A stretch of DNA of 64,000 nt from assembly GCA_035358035.1 (NCBI GenBank), contig DAOPOS010000001.1, forward strand, positions 37,189 through 101,188, given 5' to 3'. The translations under genes and the position numbers were made by a program. Every line of letters begins with the position of its first letter. The first letter of the stretch is position 1. Shown here one piece after another: positions 47,925 through 58,867 of this stretch. A model generated the notes under the pieces. It had not been told where the DNA came from. It searched no databases and was given only the letters and a program-made list of their open reading frames with translations. Origin of the DNA: Syntrophales bacterium. Its GTDB lineage: Bacteria; Desulfobacterota; Syntrophia; Syntrophales; UBA2251.

Positions 47925-50329
47925 CCGGGGGAGAGACGCGACGGATCTTCGGAAGGCGCCCGGCCGGGGCTCCAGGCCGCGAGCGTCTCCAGGAGGGTCT
48001 TCTTTTTGATGGGCTTGGTCAGGTGGGTATCGCAGCCGGCCTCGAGGCTCTTCTGCTCGTCCTCCTTGAGGGCGAAGGCCGTCAGGGCGATGATCGGCGT
48101 CGGCTTTCTCCCCTCCCGCGCCTCCCACTGCCGGATTGCCCTCGTCGCCGTGTACCCGTCCATCACCGGCATGTTCATGTCCATGAGCACCAGATCATAC
48201 GGGCCCCGCCGCTGGAACGCCTCGATGGCGATCTGTCCGTTCTCCGCCGTGTCCAGCCGATGGGGCGTCTGCTTGAGATAGGTCTCGATCAGCAGGCGAT
48301 TGTCCTCGGAATCCTCGGCGAGGAGAATGCGCAGCCCCCGCCCGTCCCCGCCGGCATCGGGCCCTCCGTCGGGGGTGGCGGCCGCGGCCCCGGACGAACG
48401 CGGCGCGGGGATCCGTTCCGTCTCGTCCGGAAGGCGCAGGCGGACCGTGAAATGAAACGTGCTGCCCCGGTCCGGTTCGGATTCCACCCAGATCCGCCCC
48501 TCCATCAGTTCGACCAGGCGTTTCGAGATGCTCAGCCCCAGGCCCGTCCCCCCGTAGCGCCGGGTCACGGAGGAGTCCGCCTGGGTAAAGTTCTCGAAGA
48601 TGACGTCCCGTTTTTCCGGGGCGATGCCGATGCCCGTATCCGAGATGGCGAACCGGAGCGCGACGACGCCCGGCGGCGGATCCGGAACCTCCCCGGGCTC
48701 CGGGGCGACCTCGACGTGCACCGCCCCCTTCTCCGTGAACTTGACGGCGTTGGCCAGCAGATTGACCAGGATCTGCCGCAGGCGCCCCGGGTCGCCGCTC
48801 AACAGCAGGGGCGTGCCGGGCCGGATCCGGTGCGTCAGATTCAGGCCTTTTTCCTGCGCCCGGAAGGCCAGAACGGCGACGGTCGTCTCCAGCAGCTCGT
48901 CCAGACGGAACGGAATCGTCTCCAGCGCCAGGCGCCCCGCCTCGACCTTGGACAGATCCAGGATATCGTTGATCACGGTGAGCAGGTTTTCTCCGGCGGA
49001 GCGGAATACCTTCACGTATCGCTTCTGCTCCTGGGACAGGGGCGTTTCCGCCAGGACGTCGGCCATGCCGATGATGGCGTTCATGGGCGTGCGGATTTCG
49101 TGACTCATGCCGGCCAGGAATTCGCTTTTTGCCCGGCTCGCCGCCTCGGCGTCCTCCTTCGCCAGTTGCAGCTCCTCCAGGGATTGCCGCAGGCGCTCCT
49201 CCACCCGCCTCTTTTCCGCGAGGCTCTCCAGGTAGGCGTTGAACCAGGAGATCAGCTGGCCGATTTCGTCCTGGGTCTTGACCGGCAGGCGCATCTTCGG
49301 ATCGACCGCCCCCTCCCGGAGCTCCCGGAAGAGGAGGGTCATCCGCTGGATCGGACGGACCAGGGTGCGCGAAATCATCAGGGCCGCGAGCATGACGAGC
49401 AGCAGGCAGATGGCCAGGATGATCAGGGAATCGTTGCGGATCGCGCTGATTTTGGCCTCGATGGCGCTCACCGGAATAAAACTGATCAGAAGCCAGTTCC
49501 CGTCGCCCGACCGGTCGTGGATGACATAGAAGGGCCGGCCTTTGATCCGGGTCGTGAAGCCGCCGGTCGGCGACTTGGTCTTCCGGACGATGTCCGCGGG
49601 GGCCTTCGATCCGATCAGGGCCCGATCGGGGTGATAGACGATCTCCCCGTCCCGGTCCACGATCATGTAGAACTGCTCCGCATGGCTGGCATAATGGAAG
49701 AAATTGTAGAAGACCTCGACATCGTAGCTCACGAGGAGCAGCCCCAGGAATTTTTCCTTCATGCTGCCCGTGTCGTACGTTTTGATGACCTTCGCGGCCG
49801 TGATCACCTTCCGGTAGCGGGAGTTCTGATTCGCGTTGTCCTCGATGCCGAACCAGACGACCGGCTGGTCGGATTCCCACGCCCGGGCCAGGAGCCGCGC
49901 GACCTGCTGCCGGTTGATCTCCTCGACGTTCAGCGTTTCGCCCACATGGTAGTGGTCCCCGAATCCCGAAAAGATGTCGATCGAAACCAGACCGGAGAGA
50001 TTGCTGTAGTTGCTCAGGATATAGCCGATCTTGGCGTGCGTCGCCAGGCGGTCGTATTCGTTCGTGGCCTTCACCGCCAGGACGCCCTTGATCTCGTCCA
50101 GGCCGGTGATGTTGTTGATCAGGCTTTCCTCCTGCTTCACGAGGAGCTCGATATTGTGCTTCTGGAGGGACATCAGGTCGAGCGTGAAGGCCCTGACCTC
50201 CTCGACCAGGACGGCCTTGGAGATCATGTAGCTCGTGAAGCTCAGAATGAGCACCGGCGCCACCGCCACGAGGAGCAGGAAGACGATCAGCTTGTAGGTG
50301 ATGCTCAGACTGGAAAAGTTCTTCTGCAT
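47921..50329 (-). CDS. Hybrid sensor histidine kinase (periplasmic Cache-like domain, HAMP, HisKA, HATPase, C-terminal receiver)
   Basis: Two TM segments flank a ~270-aa sensor domain. H-box [12 protein letters not shown]-box [11 protein letters not shown] domain [17 protein letters not shown]. Confidence 0.9.
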   Translation of the reverse strand: MQKNFSSLSITYKLIVFLLLVAVAPVLILSFTSYMISKAVLVEEVRAFTLDLMSLQKHNIELLVKQEESLINNITGLDEIKGVLAVKATNEYDRLATHAKIGYILSNYSNLSGLVSIDIFSGFGDHYHVGETLNVEEINRQQVARLLARAWESDQPVVWFGIEDNANQNSRYRKVITAAKVIKTYDTGSMKEKFLGLLLVSYDVEVFYNFFHYASHAEQFYMIVDRDGEIVYHPDRALIGSKAPADIVRKTKSPTGGFTTRIKGRPFYVIHDRSGDGNWLLISFIPVSAIEAKISAIRNDSLIILAICLLLVMLAALMISRTLVRPIQRMTLLFRELREGAVDPKMRLPVKTQDEIGQLISWFNAYLESLAEKRRVEERLRQSLEELQLAKEDAEAASRAKSEFLAGMSHEIRTPMNAIIGMADVLAETPLSQEQKRYVKVFRSAGENLLTVINDILDLSKVEAGRLALETIPFRLDELLETTVAVLAFRAQEKGLNLTHRIRPGTPLLLSGDPGRLRQILVNLLANAVKFTEKGAVHVEVAPEPGEVPDPPPGVVALRFAISDTGIGIAPEKRDVIFENFTQADSSVTRRYGGTGLGLSISKRLVELMEGRIWVESEPDRGSTFHFTVRLRLPDETERIPAPRSSGAAAATPDGGPDAGGDGRGLRILLAEDSEDNRLLIETYLKQTPHRLDTAENGQIAIEAFQRRGPYDLVLMDMNMPVMDGYTATRAIRQWEAREGRKPTPIIALTAFALKEDEQKSLEAGCDTHLTKPIKKKTLLETLAAWSPGRAPSEDPSRLSPG

Positions 50330-50372
50330 GGTTCGGCGGCCCGGGTCGGAAAACGGACAGTCAACGCGTGTA

Positions 50373-51338
50373 TCACTTCCGTTCCCGGTAAAGCGGCAGC
50401 GCCTCCACCCGGGTCAGGGCCGCAGGCCGTTGACCCGCCAGCATGTCCACCGCGGTCCGGACGCCCAGGTAGCCCTGCCGGGCCGCCTGCTGATCGACGG
50501 TGACCTGGAGCGACCCCTCCCGCAGGGCCTTTTTGGCCTCGTCGAGGGCGTCGAAACCCGCCACCAGGACACCCGCCTTTTTTGCCTGCTTCAGATAGTG
50601 GATCGCGCCCAGGGCCATCATGTCATTGGCACAGAAGAGGGCGCCGATGTCCGGGTCCTTCTGGAAGAGCCGCGCCGTCACCTCGTAGGCCTCGTCGATC
50701 TTCCAGTTGGCCGTCGCCATGGCCACCACCCGGGCGTTCGGGTTCTCGCGGAAGGCCTTCAAGGCCCCGGCCTTGCGCTGCCCGGCGTTCCTCGCGGTCC
50801 GGATTCCCTCCAGGATGGCGACCTTGGTCGGTTTCCGGATCTGGTCGCTGATGAACTTCGCCGACAGGTAGGCGCCCTTTTCGTTGTCCACGCTGATGAA
50901 CGGCACGTCGTCAAGCCCCATCCTGCGGGAGACGTCGGGATCCAGCTGGTTGTCGATGTTGACGATGACGATCTTCGCCTCCCGGGCCTTGCGGAGCATC
51001 GGGATAATCTCCACGGAACTGGCGGGGGCGATCACGATGGCATCCACCCGGTTGCGGATCAGCTCATCCACGATGGCGATCTGCTGCTCGATGGACGTTT
51101 CCTTGGCGCCGGTCTTCACGATCAGGTTGACGTCCAATTCCCGCTCCGCCTGCCGCGCCCCCTTTTCCATCTCCACGAAGAAGGGGTTCGTCAGGGTCTT
51201 CATCACCAGGGCCACCTGCCTTTTGGGCGGGGCGGCTTTCGTGGCCGTCTCCCCCTGGTCGCGGGGCTCGGAACCGCAGCCTAAAACGAGGCCCAGGATC
51301 AAAACCAGGCCGATCGCCAGCCAGAACCGTCGTTTCAT
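50373..51338 (-). CDS. Periplasmic sugar-binding lipoprotein (RbsB/type-I PBP family), no transporter genes adjacent
   Basis: Lipobox [23 protein letters not shown] and [10 protein letters not shown] are typical of ribose-type SBPs. AAGGAGGG RBS upstream. Confidence 0.85.
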   Translation of the reverse strand: MKRRFWLAIGLVLILGLVLGCGSEPRDQGETATKAAPPKRQVALVMKTLTNPFFVEMEKGARQAERELDVNLIVKTGAKETSIEQQIAIVDELIRNRVDAIVIAPASSVEIIPMLRKAREAKIVIVNIDNQLDPDVSRRMGLDDVPFISVDNEKGAYLSAKFISDQIRKPTKVAILEGIRTARNAGQRKAGALKAFRENPNARVVAMATANWKIDEAYEVTARLFQKDPDIGALFCANDMMALGAIHYLKQAKKAGVLVAGFDALDEAKKALREGSLQVTVDQQAARQGYLGVRTAVDMLAGQRPAALTRVEALPLYRERK

Positions 51339-51376
51339 CCTCGCACCCTCCTTTTCGGGAATGAAAAACCTCGAAA

Positions 51377-51405
51377 ACATTAAGGCATGCGGCCGGGTGT
51401 GTCAA
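51377..51405 (-). promoter_or_regulatory. Sigma-70-like promoter for the SBP/kinase operon (TTGACA-N17-TAATGT on the minus strand)
   Basis: Hexamers read on the reverse complement. The -10 element is about 39 nt upstream of the SBP ATG. Confidence 0.5.
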
Positions 51406-51544
51406 TCCTTAATTCCCGCGCGGGACGGAACGCGATCGTTCTCTGAACGCGTTGAACCGCTGAAGGGCGGCCCCGAAAATTATTCCTTCAGACGCGGCCG
51501 TGCCGGTCCCGGATCCCCGCACGGGACGGCACGCGCGGCGTCTC

Positions 51545-51568
51545 CGCTTCGCCCCCGGGGGCGAAGCG
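51545..51568. promoter_or_regulatory. Perfect 24-bp palindrome CGCTTCGCCCCCGGGGGCGAAGCG
   Basis: The sequence equals its own reverse complement. It lies about 100 nt upstream of the leu leader ORF and has no T-tract on either side. Confidence 0.35.
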
Positions 51569-51670
51569 AAAGTTCGGCCTTGACTTTTGCCGGCATCTGT
51601 TTTAGGGAGGGGCCCAGCGAAGAAACGCGAGGGATCGAACGTGCGTCACGGGACGGACAGGGAACAGGTC

Positions 51671-51766
51671 ATGTTGAACAGCATTCTCATTCTCGGACTG
51701 CTGGGCCTGGCGCTGCTTTGCCTGCCTGCCATCCCCGGACGCCCGTCGCTTTCAGGAGAATCGTAA
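51671..51766 (+). CDS. Leu-rich leader peptide [31 protein letters not shown] (leu attenuator)
   Basis: 10 Leu plus 3 Ile in 31 codons. A strong terminator follows 24 nt later, and leuA starts about 100 nt beyond that. Confidence 0.5.
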   Translation: MLNSILILGLLGLALLCLPAIPGRPSLSGES

Positions 51767-51789
51767 CCCCCGCGAATCGAAACATCCCG

Positions 51790-51826
51790 AAGGCCATGGG
51801 CGAAAAAGCCCATGGCCTTTTTTTTT
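51790..51826 (+). terminator. Intrinsic terminator of the leu leader
   Basis: 11-bp perfect stem AGGCCATGGGC (51791-801) / GCCCATGGCCT (51808-18), 6-nt loop, T9 tail. Confidence 0.85.
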
Positions 51827-51924
51827 GCATCCAAAAGCCTCCCGCGCGCGGCGCCGTTCCGCGGGCCGGGAGGGGAAGGGTTGCCCGGACGAACCGCCGG
51901 GATCCCGAGAAAGGAACAGCAGCG

Positions 51925-53472
51925 ATGGAACAGACCGACACCCCGAGGATCTACATCTTCGACACTACCTTGCGCGACGGCGAACAGTCGCCCGGGGCCA
52001 GCATGAAGCCGGGCGAAAAACTCCTGATCGCCCGGCAGCTCGAACGCCTGGGCGTGGACATCATCGAGGCGGGGTTCCCCGTCGCCTCGGAGGGCGACTT
52101 CGCTTCCGTCCGCCGGATCGCCGACGAGATCCGGGGCGTCCAGATCGCCGCCCTGGCCCGCGCCAACGCGGCCGACATCGACCGGGCCTGGGAGGCCGTC
52201 GCGGGGGCGGCCCGTCCGCGGATCCACACCTTCATCTCCTCCTCGGACCTCCACCTGAAATACCAGCTTAAGAAATCCCGCGCCGAGGTCCTCGCCGCGG
52301 CCATCGCCGCCGTCGCCCGGGCCCGGTCCCACACCCCCAACGTGGAATTCTCGCCGATGGACGCCACGCGCACCGACCGGGATTACCTGTGCGAAATGGT
52401 GGAGGCGGTCATCGCCGCCGGCGCAACGACGGTCAACATCCCCGACACGGTGGGCTACGCCGTCCCGGAGGAGTTCGGCGACCTGATCGCGACGCTCTTC
52501 GACCGCGTCCCGAACATCGGGCAGGCGATCGTTTCCGTCCACTGCCACAACGACCTGGGCCTCGCCGTGGCCAACTCCCTGGCGGCGATCCGCAGCGGCG
52601 CCCGCCAGGTGGAGTGCACGATCAACGGCATCGGCGAGCGGGCCGGCAACACGGCCATGGAGGAGCTCGTCATGGCCCTGGCGACCCGCCGGGACCGCTT
52701 CGCGCTCGCCACGGGCATCCGGACGGAGCAGATCGTCCCGGCCTCCCGGCTCCTGACGAAGATCACGGGCATCCCCGTCCAGCCGAACAAGGCGATTGTC
52801 GGCGCCAACGCCTTCGCGCACGAGTCGGGGATCCACCAGGACGGCCTGATCAAGGAAAGGCGGACCTACGAGATCATGACCCCCCAGTCGGTGGGCATCG
52901 CGGAGGCCCGGATCGTCCTGGGCAAGCACTCCGGGCGCCACGCCGTGGCGGAACACCTCCGTGCGATGGGGTACGCCCTGACGGAGGAGGAGGTAAACCG
53001 GGTCTTCGTGCGGTTCAAGGAACTGGCGGACATCAAGAAAGACGTTTACGACGAGGACCTGGAGGCCATCCTTTACGAGGCCGTCTTCCGGGTCGAGGAC
53101 CACTATAAGCTCGTCTATCTGCACGTGACGAGCGGCACCGCCGCCGTCCCGGCCGCGACGATGCAGATGGAGGTGGACGGCCGGCTCGTCCAGGACGGCG
53201 GGTTCGGCGTCGGCCCCGTGGACGCGACCTTCGCCGCCATCCGGAAGATCACGCAAACGAACCATCCCCTGGAGCAGTACCTCGTCCACGCCGTCACCGG
53301 CGGGACGGACGCCCAGGGCGAGGTCACGGTCCAGCTCAGGTACAACGGCCGCTCCGCCGTGGGCCACAGCGCCCATCCGGACGTCCTGGTCGCCTCGGCG
53401 AAGGCCTACATCAACGCGCTCAACCGCATCGAGTTCCTGAAGGCCAACGTCCGGAAGGTTGACGTTGAATAA
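51925..53472 (+). CDS. leuA: 2-isopropylmalate synthase
   Basis: [30 protein letters not shown] and a C-terminal LeuA dimerisation/regulatory domain. Confidence 0.95.
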   Translation: MEQTDTPRIYIFDTTLRDGEQSPGASMKPGEKLLIARQLERLGVDIIEAGFPVASEGDFASVRRIADEIRGVQIAALARANAADIDRAWEAVAGAARPRIHTFISSSDLHLKYQLKKSRAEVLAAAIAAVARARSHTPNVEFSPMDATRTDRDYLCEMVEAVIAAGATTVNIPDTVGYAVPEEFGDLIATLFDRVPNIGQAIVSVHCHNDLGLAVANSLAAIRSGARQVECTINGIGERAGNTAMEELVMALATRRDRFALATGIRTEQIVPASRLLTKITGIPVQPNKAIVGANAFAHESGIHQDGLIKERRTYEIMTPQSVGIAEARIVLGKHSGRHAVAEHLRAMGYALTEEEVNRVFVRFKELADIKKDVYDEDLEAILYEAVFRVEDHYKLVYLHVTSGTAAVPAATMQMEVDGRLVQDGGFGVGPVDATFAAIRKITQTNHPLEQYLVHAVTGGTDAQGEVTVQLRYNGRSAVGHSAHPDVLVASAKAYINALNRIEFLKANVRKVDVE

Positions 53473-53516
53473 ATCGGAGCGATCGGATAAGGAAAACACG
53501 GAAAGGGCACGACCCC

Positions 53517-54779
53517 ATGGGAATGACGCTCACCGAAAAGATCCTCTGCCGACACACGCACCTCGACCGTGTCCACCCCGGCGAACTCATCAGCGCCCGG
53601 GTGGACCTCGCCCTGGCGAACGACATCACCGCCCCCATTGCCATCGCCGAATTCCGCCGGGCGGGGGGGACGCAGGTCTTCGACCGGAACAAGATCGCCC
53701 TGGTCTGCGACCATTTCACCCCGAACAAGGACATCGATTCGGCCGGACAGTGCCGGACCGTCCGCGCGTTCGCCCGCGAACAGGCGATCGTCCATTTCTA
53801 CGAAGGCGGAAACTGCGGGGTCGAGCACGCCCTCCTGCCGGAACAGGGCGTCGTCCTGCCGGGGGAGGTCGTCATCGGCGCCGACAGCCACACGTGCACC
53901 TACGGCGCGCTGGGGGCCTTCGCCACGGGCGTGGGCAGCACCGACCTGGCGGCGGCTATGCTGACCGGCGAGGCCTGGTTCAAGGTCCCGGAGTCGATGA
54001 AGTTCGTCCTGACCGGCGCGCTCAAACCCTGGGTGTCGGGAAAGGACCTGATCCTCCACATCATCGGGCGGATCGGCGTGGACGGCGCCCGCTACCGGGC
54101 GATGGAGTTCTCGGGCGAGACCTTGGGCGCGCTCACGATGGCCGACCGCCTCACCATGGCCAACATGGCCATCGAGGCCGGGGCGAAAAACGGGATCTTC
54201 CCCGTGGACGACACCACCCGGGCTTACGTGGCGGCGCGGAGCGACCGGCGCTATGTCGCCGACACCTCAGACCCCGACGCCGCCTACCGCGACGTCCTGG
54301 AGATCGACTGCAGCGCCATCGAGCCCCAGGTCGCCTTTCCCCACCTGCCCTCGAACGTCCGCGGCATCGGCGAGGTCGGAGACGTGCGCATCGACCAGGC
54401 GGTGATCGGCTCGTGCACGAACGGGCGGATCGAGGACCTCCGGGTCGGCGCCCGCGTTCTGCGGGGGCGGAAGGCCGCCCGCGACGTGCGCCTCCTCGTT
54501 CTGCCCGCGACGCCGTCCGTCTACCGGGCGGCCCTCGAGGAGGGGCTGATCGCCGTGTTTCTCGACGCCGGGGCCGTCATCGGACCGCCCACGTGCGGCC
54601 CCTGCCTGGGCGGGCACATGGGCATCCTCGCCGCCGGCGAGCGGGCCGTCGCCACGACGAACCGCAACTTCGTCGGCCGGATGGGCCACCGCGAGAGCGA
54701 GGTCTATCTGGCAAACCCGGCCGTCGCCGCCGCCTCGGCCGTCCTGGGCCGGCTCGCCGGACCGGACGACCTGCCGTGA
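53517..54779 (+). CDS. leuC: 3-isopropylmalate dehydratase large subunit
   Basis: Aconitase-family motifs [13 protein letters not shown] and GSCTNGR. Confidence 0.95.
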   Translation: MGMTLTEKILCRHTHLDRVHPGELISARVDLALANDITAPIAIAEFRRAGGTQVFDRNKIALVCDHFTPNKDIDSAGQCRTVRAFAREQAIVHFYEGGNCGVEHALLPEQGVVLPGEVVIGADSHTCTYGALGAFATGVGSTDLAAAMLTGEAWFKVPESMKFVLTGALKPWVSGKDLILHIIGRIGVDGARYRAMEFSGETLGALTMADRLTMANMAIEAGAKNGIFPVDDTTRAYVAARSDRRYVADTSDPDAAYRDVLEIDCSAIEPQVAFPHLPSNVRGIGEVGDVRIDQAVIGSCTNGRIEDLRVGARVLRGRKAARDVRLLVLPATPSVYRAALEEGLIAVFLDAGAVIGPPTCGPCLGGHMGILAAGERAVATTNRNFVGRMGHRESEVYLANPAVAAASAVLGRLAGPDDLP

Positions 54780-54855
54780 GACCCAGCCCCCGCCGGCCCC
54801 GCGGCGCCCCGGGGCGCGGCCGGACGCGGCAGGCAGATTTCAGGAGATGAACCCC

Positions 54856-55374
54856 ATGAAGACCCTCCAAGGCCGGATCTGGACATTCGGCGACAATATC
54901 GATACGGACGCCATCATCCCGGCGCGCTACCTCAACACCTCAGACCCGGCCAGCCTCGCGGCGCACTGCATGGAGGACGCCGATCCGGACTTCATGAAAA
55001 AAATGAAACCGGGAGACATCCTCGTGGCGGGGGAAAATTTCGGCTGCGGCTCCTCCCGGGAGCACGCCCCCATCGCGCTCAAGGCGGCGGGCATCGCCTG
55101 CGTCGTCGCGAAGAGTTTTGCACGCATTTTCTACCGGAACGCCTTCAACATGGGCCTGCCGATCTTCGAATCGGGCGAACTGCACGACCGGGTGACCGAC
55201 GGGGACGAGATCGAGGTGGACGCGGACGCGGGCCGCATCCGGACCGTCCGGGGCGGCGGCGTCCTGGCGATCGAGCCGATCCCGCCCTTCATGCAGCAGC
55301 TCCTCACGGACGGGGGCCTGATGGGCCATCTCGCCCGGAAGGCGGCGGGGCGGGCGGAGAGGAGTCCCGCATGA
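54856..55374 (+). CDS. leuD: 3-isopropylmalate dehydratase small subunit
   Basis: [15 protein letters not shown] and [14 protein letters not shown] motifs. The ATG at 54856 lies 9 nt after AGGAG; the track start at 54847 abuts the SD. Confidence 0.9.
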   Translation: MKTLQGRIWTFGDNIDTDAIIPARYLNTSDPASLAAHCMEDADPDFMKKMKPGDILVAGENFGCGSSREHAPIALKAAGIACVVAKSFARIFYRNAFNMGLPIFESGELHDRVTDGDEIEVDADAGRIRTVRGGGVLAIEPIPPFMQQLLTDGGLMGHLARKAAGRAERSPA

Positions 55375-56519
55375 CGGACCGACGCTTTCGCATCGCCGTT
55401 TTTCCCGGCGACGGCATCGGACCGGAGGTGATCCGGCAGGCCGTCCGCGTGCTGGAGATCGTCGCCCGCCGCACGGGCACGGCCCTGGACCTGACCGAGG
55501 GTCCGATCGGCGGCGCGGCGTATGACCGCTGCGGCACGCCGCTCCCCCCGGAGAGCCTCGAACAGGCGCTGGCGAGTGACGCCGTGCTCCTGGGCGCCGT
55601 GGGCGGGCCGTCCTGGGAGGCCCTTCCCTACGACGTCCGTCCGGAGCGGGCCCTCCTCGGCCTAAGGGAGCGGCTGGGACTCTTCGCGAACCTGCGTCCG
55701 GTTGTCGCCTTCGACGACCTGATCGACGCCTCGCCCCTGAAACCCGGGATCGTGCGCGGGACCGACATCCTGATCCTCCGGGAACTGACCGGCGACGTCT
55801 ACTTCGGACGGCCGCGGGGCATCCGGGTCGAGGACGGCCGGCGCGTCGGCGTCAACACGATGATCTATGCGGAGGAGGAGATCCGGCGCATTGCGCTGAA
55901 GGCCTTCGAGACCGCCCGCGGACGGCGGAAGGACGTGGTCTCGGTGGACAAGGCCAACGTCCTGGAGTCGACGGAACTCTGGCGGGACGTCGTCACGGAG
56001 GTCGGCCGGGGCTACCCGGACGTCGCCCTCCGGCACCTGTACGTCGACAACTGCGCGATGCAGCTCATCCTGAACCCCGCCCAGTTCGACGTGATCGTCA
56101 CGACGAACCTCTTCGGAGACATCCTGAGCGACGAGGCCGCCATGCTGACCGGTTCCATCGGCCTGCTCCCCTCGGCGAGCCTGGGGGACAGGCATGCCCT
56201 CTACGAACCGATCCACGGTTCGGCGCCCGACATCGCTGGGCAGGACCTGGCCAATCCCCTGGCCGCGATCCTCTCCGTCGCGATGATGCTGAAGCATTCC
56301 CTCGCGATGCCGGCGGAGGCCCGGCTTGTCGAAGCCGCGGTCGGTGAAGTTCTCCACCGGGGCTGGCGCACCCGCGACATCCATCGGGACGGCGCCACCC
56401 GGGTCGGCACGGCCGGGATGGGCGAGGAGGTCTGCCGGACCCTGGAAGGGCTGCTCACGGCCGTGAATGGACCCGAAGGGCGGGATGACGCGGGGAGGGG
56501 CGATTCGAGACCGTCATGA
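55371..56519 (+). CDS. leuB: 3-isopropylmalate dehydrogenase
   Basis: [13 protein letters not shown] and [26 protein letters not shown] motifs. ATGA overlap with leuD. Confidence 0.95.
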   Translation: MTDRRFRIAVFPGDGIGPEVIRQAVRVLEIVARRTGTALDLTEGPIGGAAYDRCGTPLPPESLEQALASDAVLLGAVGGPSWEALPYDVRPERALLGLRERLGLFANLRPVVAFDDLIDASPLKPGIVRGTDILILRELTGDVYFGRPRGIRVEDGRRVGVNTMIYAEEEIRRIALKAFETARGRRKDVVSVDKANVLESTELWRDVVTEVGRGYPDVALRHLYVDNCAMQLILNPAQFDVIVTTNLFGDILSDEAAMLTGSIGLLPSASLGDRHALYEPIHGSAPDIAGQDLANPLAAILSVAMMLKHSLAMPAEARLVEAAVGEVLHRGWRTRDIHRDGATRVGTAGMGEEVCRTLEGLLTAVNGPEGRDDAGRGDSRPS

Positions 56520-57082
56520 CGCCCCCCCTCCCGGACAGGATCCCCACGCGGGAAGAGTGCGACGCGCTCATGGCGCGGTATGCCATGCTGCCGAACATCG
56601 CAGCGCACTCCCGCCAGGTCATGCGCGTTTCCCTGGCGATCGCGGACCACCTGCAAAACGGCGTGTCCGTGAACCGGGACCTCGTGGTGGCGGCCGCCCT
56701 CCTGCACGACATCACGAAGACCCGGTCGCTCGAAACCCATGAGCGCCACGATGCCTCCGGCGGCGCGCTGCTGCGGGAGCTGGGATTTGCCCGCACGGCG
56801 GAGATCGTGGAACAGCATGTCCTCCTCCGGGATGTGGATCTGGACGGCGGGCTGGAGGAGCGGGAGATCGTGTGCTACGCCGACAAACGGGTGCGGCACG
56901 ACACCGTCGTGACCCTCGAGGAACGGATTCAGGACCTGATCGCGCGCTACGGCGACTCGGAGGAGATCCGCCGGCTGATCCGCGTCAACAGCAGCCAGGT
57001 CTTCGCCCTCGAGCGCAAGATCGCCGGCTTCATGACGGTCGGAATCGAGGAGGCCATCCGCAGCCAGGAGGACGCCGGCTAG
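56516..57082 (+). CDS. HD/HDIG-domain phosphohydrolase, translationally coupled to leuB
   Basis: AHSRQV..LLHDITK (H..HD) motif. ATGA overlap with the leuB stop. Confidence 0.75.
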   Translation: MTPPLPDRIPTREECDALMARYAMLPNIAAHSRQVMRVSLAIADHLQNGVSVNRDLVVAAALLHDITKTRSLETHERHDASGGALLRELGFARTAEIVEQHVLLRDVDLDGGLEEREIVCYADKRVRHDTVVTLEERIQDLIARYGDSEEIRRLIRVNSSQVFALERKIAGFMTVGIEEAIRSQEDAG

Positions 57083-57121
57083 GGATGCGGACCCTCGCAC
57101 CGGGCGCCGCGACCGAAAAAA

Positions 57122-57157
57122 TTGATTTTTTTCGAGGATGGACTATACTGCCTCGAA
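57122..57157 (+). promoter_or_regulatory. Sigma-70-like promoter TTGATT-N16-TATACT overlapped by the inverted repeat TTCGAGG-N13-CCTCGAA
   Basis: Hexamers at 57122-27 and 57144-49, with an upstream A6 tract. The IR arms at 57131-37 and 57151-57 bracket the -10 element. Confidence 0.5.
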
Positions 57158-57263
57158 GAGAAATGCAAACAGGCGGGGACGCGCACCCGCCGGGTGCTCC
57201 CGCCGGGATGCCGCCGCACCCCCGAACCTGCAAGCCAGCCCTCATCGTCTCAAGGAGGCCGTC

Positions 57264-58856
57264 ATGTCTTTAGCGGATCGCAACAATCCCTACAATTTCG
57301 ATGCATTTTTGGCCTGGCGTCAGGCGGTGGACTACTACGCCGCCGACGCCTTTATCCAGAAGGTCGTCCGCCATTTTACGGGAAGCGAAGCGGACAAGGT
57401 CGACGCGACAGCCCGCGCGGTCTCGCGGAAGGCCTCCTACCGCTGGCGGGACCTGGCCGAGCGGATTGCCCTGCCGGAGAACCGCCCGTTCATGATGCAC
57501 TACGACGGCCACCACCGCCGGATCGACCGCATCTGCCGCCCCGGGGAGACCGAGACCCTGGAGCGGGAGGTCTTCGCGGAGGCCTTCTTCTCGGACAAGA
57601 CCTCGCCTTGGGAGAAGCTCGTCAAGATGTACCTGATCTACCAGAACGGCGAGGCCTGCGTCGCCTGCCCGATCACCTGCACGGAAGGCCTCGTCATGCT
57701 CCTCGAGAAGTTCGCCGACACCCCCGAAACGAAGACCATCCTCGCGCACTGCAAGGAGGGCGATGCGGACGGCTGCGCCATCGGCGCGCAGTACCTGTCA
57801 GAGATCCAGGGCGGCTCGGACGTTCCGTCCAATCTCCTCGAGGCCGTCGAGGAGGACGGCGTCTGGCGGCTGTACGGGACGAAGTTCTTCTGCTCCGCCA
57901 CCCACGCCGACTACGCCGTCGTCACCGCCAAGCCGAAAGGCTCGGAGAAGGTCGGCCTGTTCGTCATCCCCTCCTGGCTGCCGGGGAACAAGGCGAAGGA
58001 GATCCGCAACGGCTACACCATCGACCGGATCAAGTGGAAGATCGGGACGAGCGAGCTGACCACGGGCGAGCTGACTTTCGACGGCGCCGTGGCCTATCCC
58101 GTGGGGCCGCTGGACAAGGGGGTCGCGAACGTCGTCGGGATCGTCCTGACCTATTCGCGCCTCACCGTGGGGCTCTCCGCGGCCGCCTTCATGACCCGGG
58201 CAGTCCGCGAGGCCAAGCAGTACGCGGAGTTCCGCGACGCCTTCGGGGTCACGATCGGCCGCTTCCCGATGGTGGCCGGCCAGCTCGCCGCCATCGACCA
58301 TGCGGCAAAGCGGACGACGGCCGGGGCCTTCAAGCTCTACCGGGACTTCCTCACGCTCGAGGGGGGCCTGAAGGGCGGACTCGACACCGGCGAGACGGAG
58401 GCGGCCTGGCGGAAGCGCTTCGTCATCCGGGAACTCATCATGCTCCAGAAGCTGGCCGCGTCGTGGGACTGCACGGACGTGATCCGCGCGGCCATGTCCA
58501 TCTTCGGCGGCCACGGCGTCATGGAGGACTTCTCCTGCCTCCCCCGCCTCTACCGGGATTCGGCCGTCAACGAGCTCTGGGAGGGGCCGCGCAACGTCCT
58601 GCTCACCCAGATCTTTCGGGACCTCCAGCGGGTGAAGGACCGGTACGCGCCGGCGGCCTTCGTCCGGGACCTCCTGGCCGGGCTGGAGGAGGCCGTCGTC
58701 GCGCCGCTCGCCGCGGAGGCCGGGGCGCTCCTCGCGCATCCGCACCTGTTCGGGATGGACACGGCCACCCTGGACGTCTGCCGACGCTGGGACGCCTTCT
58801 GCCACACCCTGACCCACGCCTACCAGGACCTCGCGTTCAAGGACGTGGAGGGATAG
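57264..58856 (+). CDS. AidB-like acyl-CoA dehydrogenase family protein
   Basis: ~530 aa with QYLSEIQGGSDV, FFCSA and IFGGHGVMEDFSCLPRLYRDSAVNELWEG motifs, as in AidB-type ACADs. AAGGAGG RBS upstream. Confidence 0.8.
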   Translation: MSLADRNNPYNFDAFLAWRQAVDYYAADAFIQKVVRHFTGSEADKVDATARAVSRKASYRWRDLAERIALPENRPFMMHYDGHHRRIDRICRPGETETLEREVFAEAFFSDKTSPWEKLVKMYLIYQNGEACVACPITCTEGLVMLLEKFADTPETKTILAHCKEGDADGCAIGAQYLSEIQGGSDVPSNLLEAVEEDGVWRLYGTKFFCSATHADYAVVTAKPKGSEKVGLFVIPSWLPGNKAKEIRNGYTIDRIKWKIGTSELTTGELTFDGAVAYPVGPLDKGVANVVGIVLTYSRLTVGLSAAAFMTRAVREAKQYAEFRDAFGVTIGRFPMVAGQLAAIDHAAKRTTAGAFKLYRDFLTLEGGLKGGLDTGETEAAWRKRFVIRELIMLQKLAASWDCTDVIRAAMSIFGGHGVMEDFSCLPRLYRDSAVNELWEGPRNVLLTQIFRDLQRVKDRYAPAAFVRDLLAGLEEAVVAPLAAEAGALLAHPHLFGMDTATLDVCRRWDAFCHTLTHAYQDLAFKDVEG

Positions 58857-58867
58857 GAACCGGCCCG

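Noticed and set aside
51452-51608. Promoter for the leu leader (TTGAAC-N17-GAAAAT at 51452; TTGACT-N17-TAGGGA at 51580)
   Set aside because: Both have poor -10 hexamers and I cannot choose between them, so they are left unannotated.
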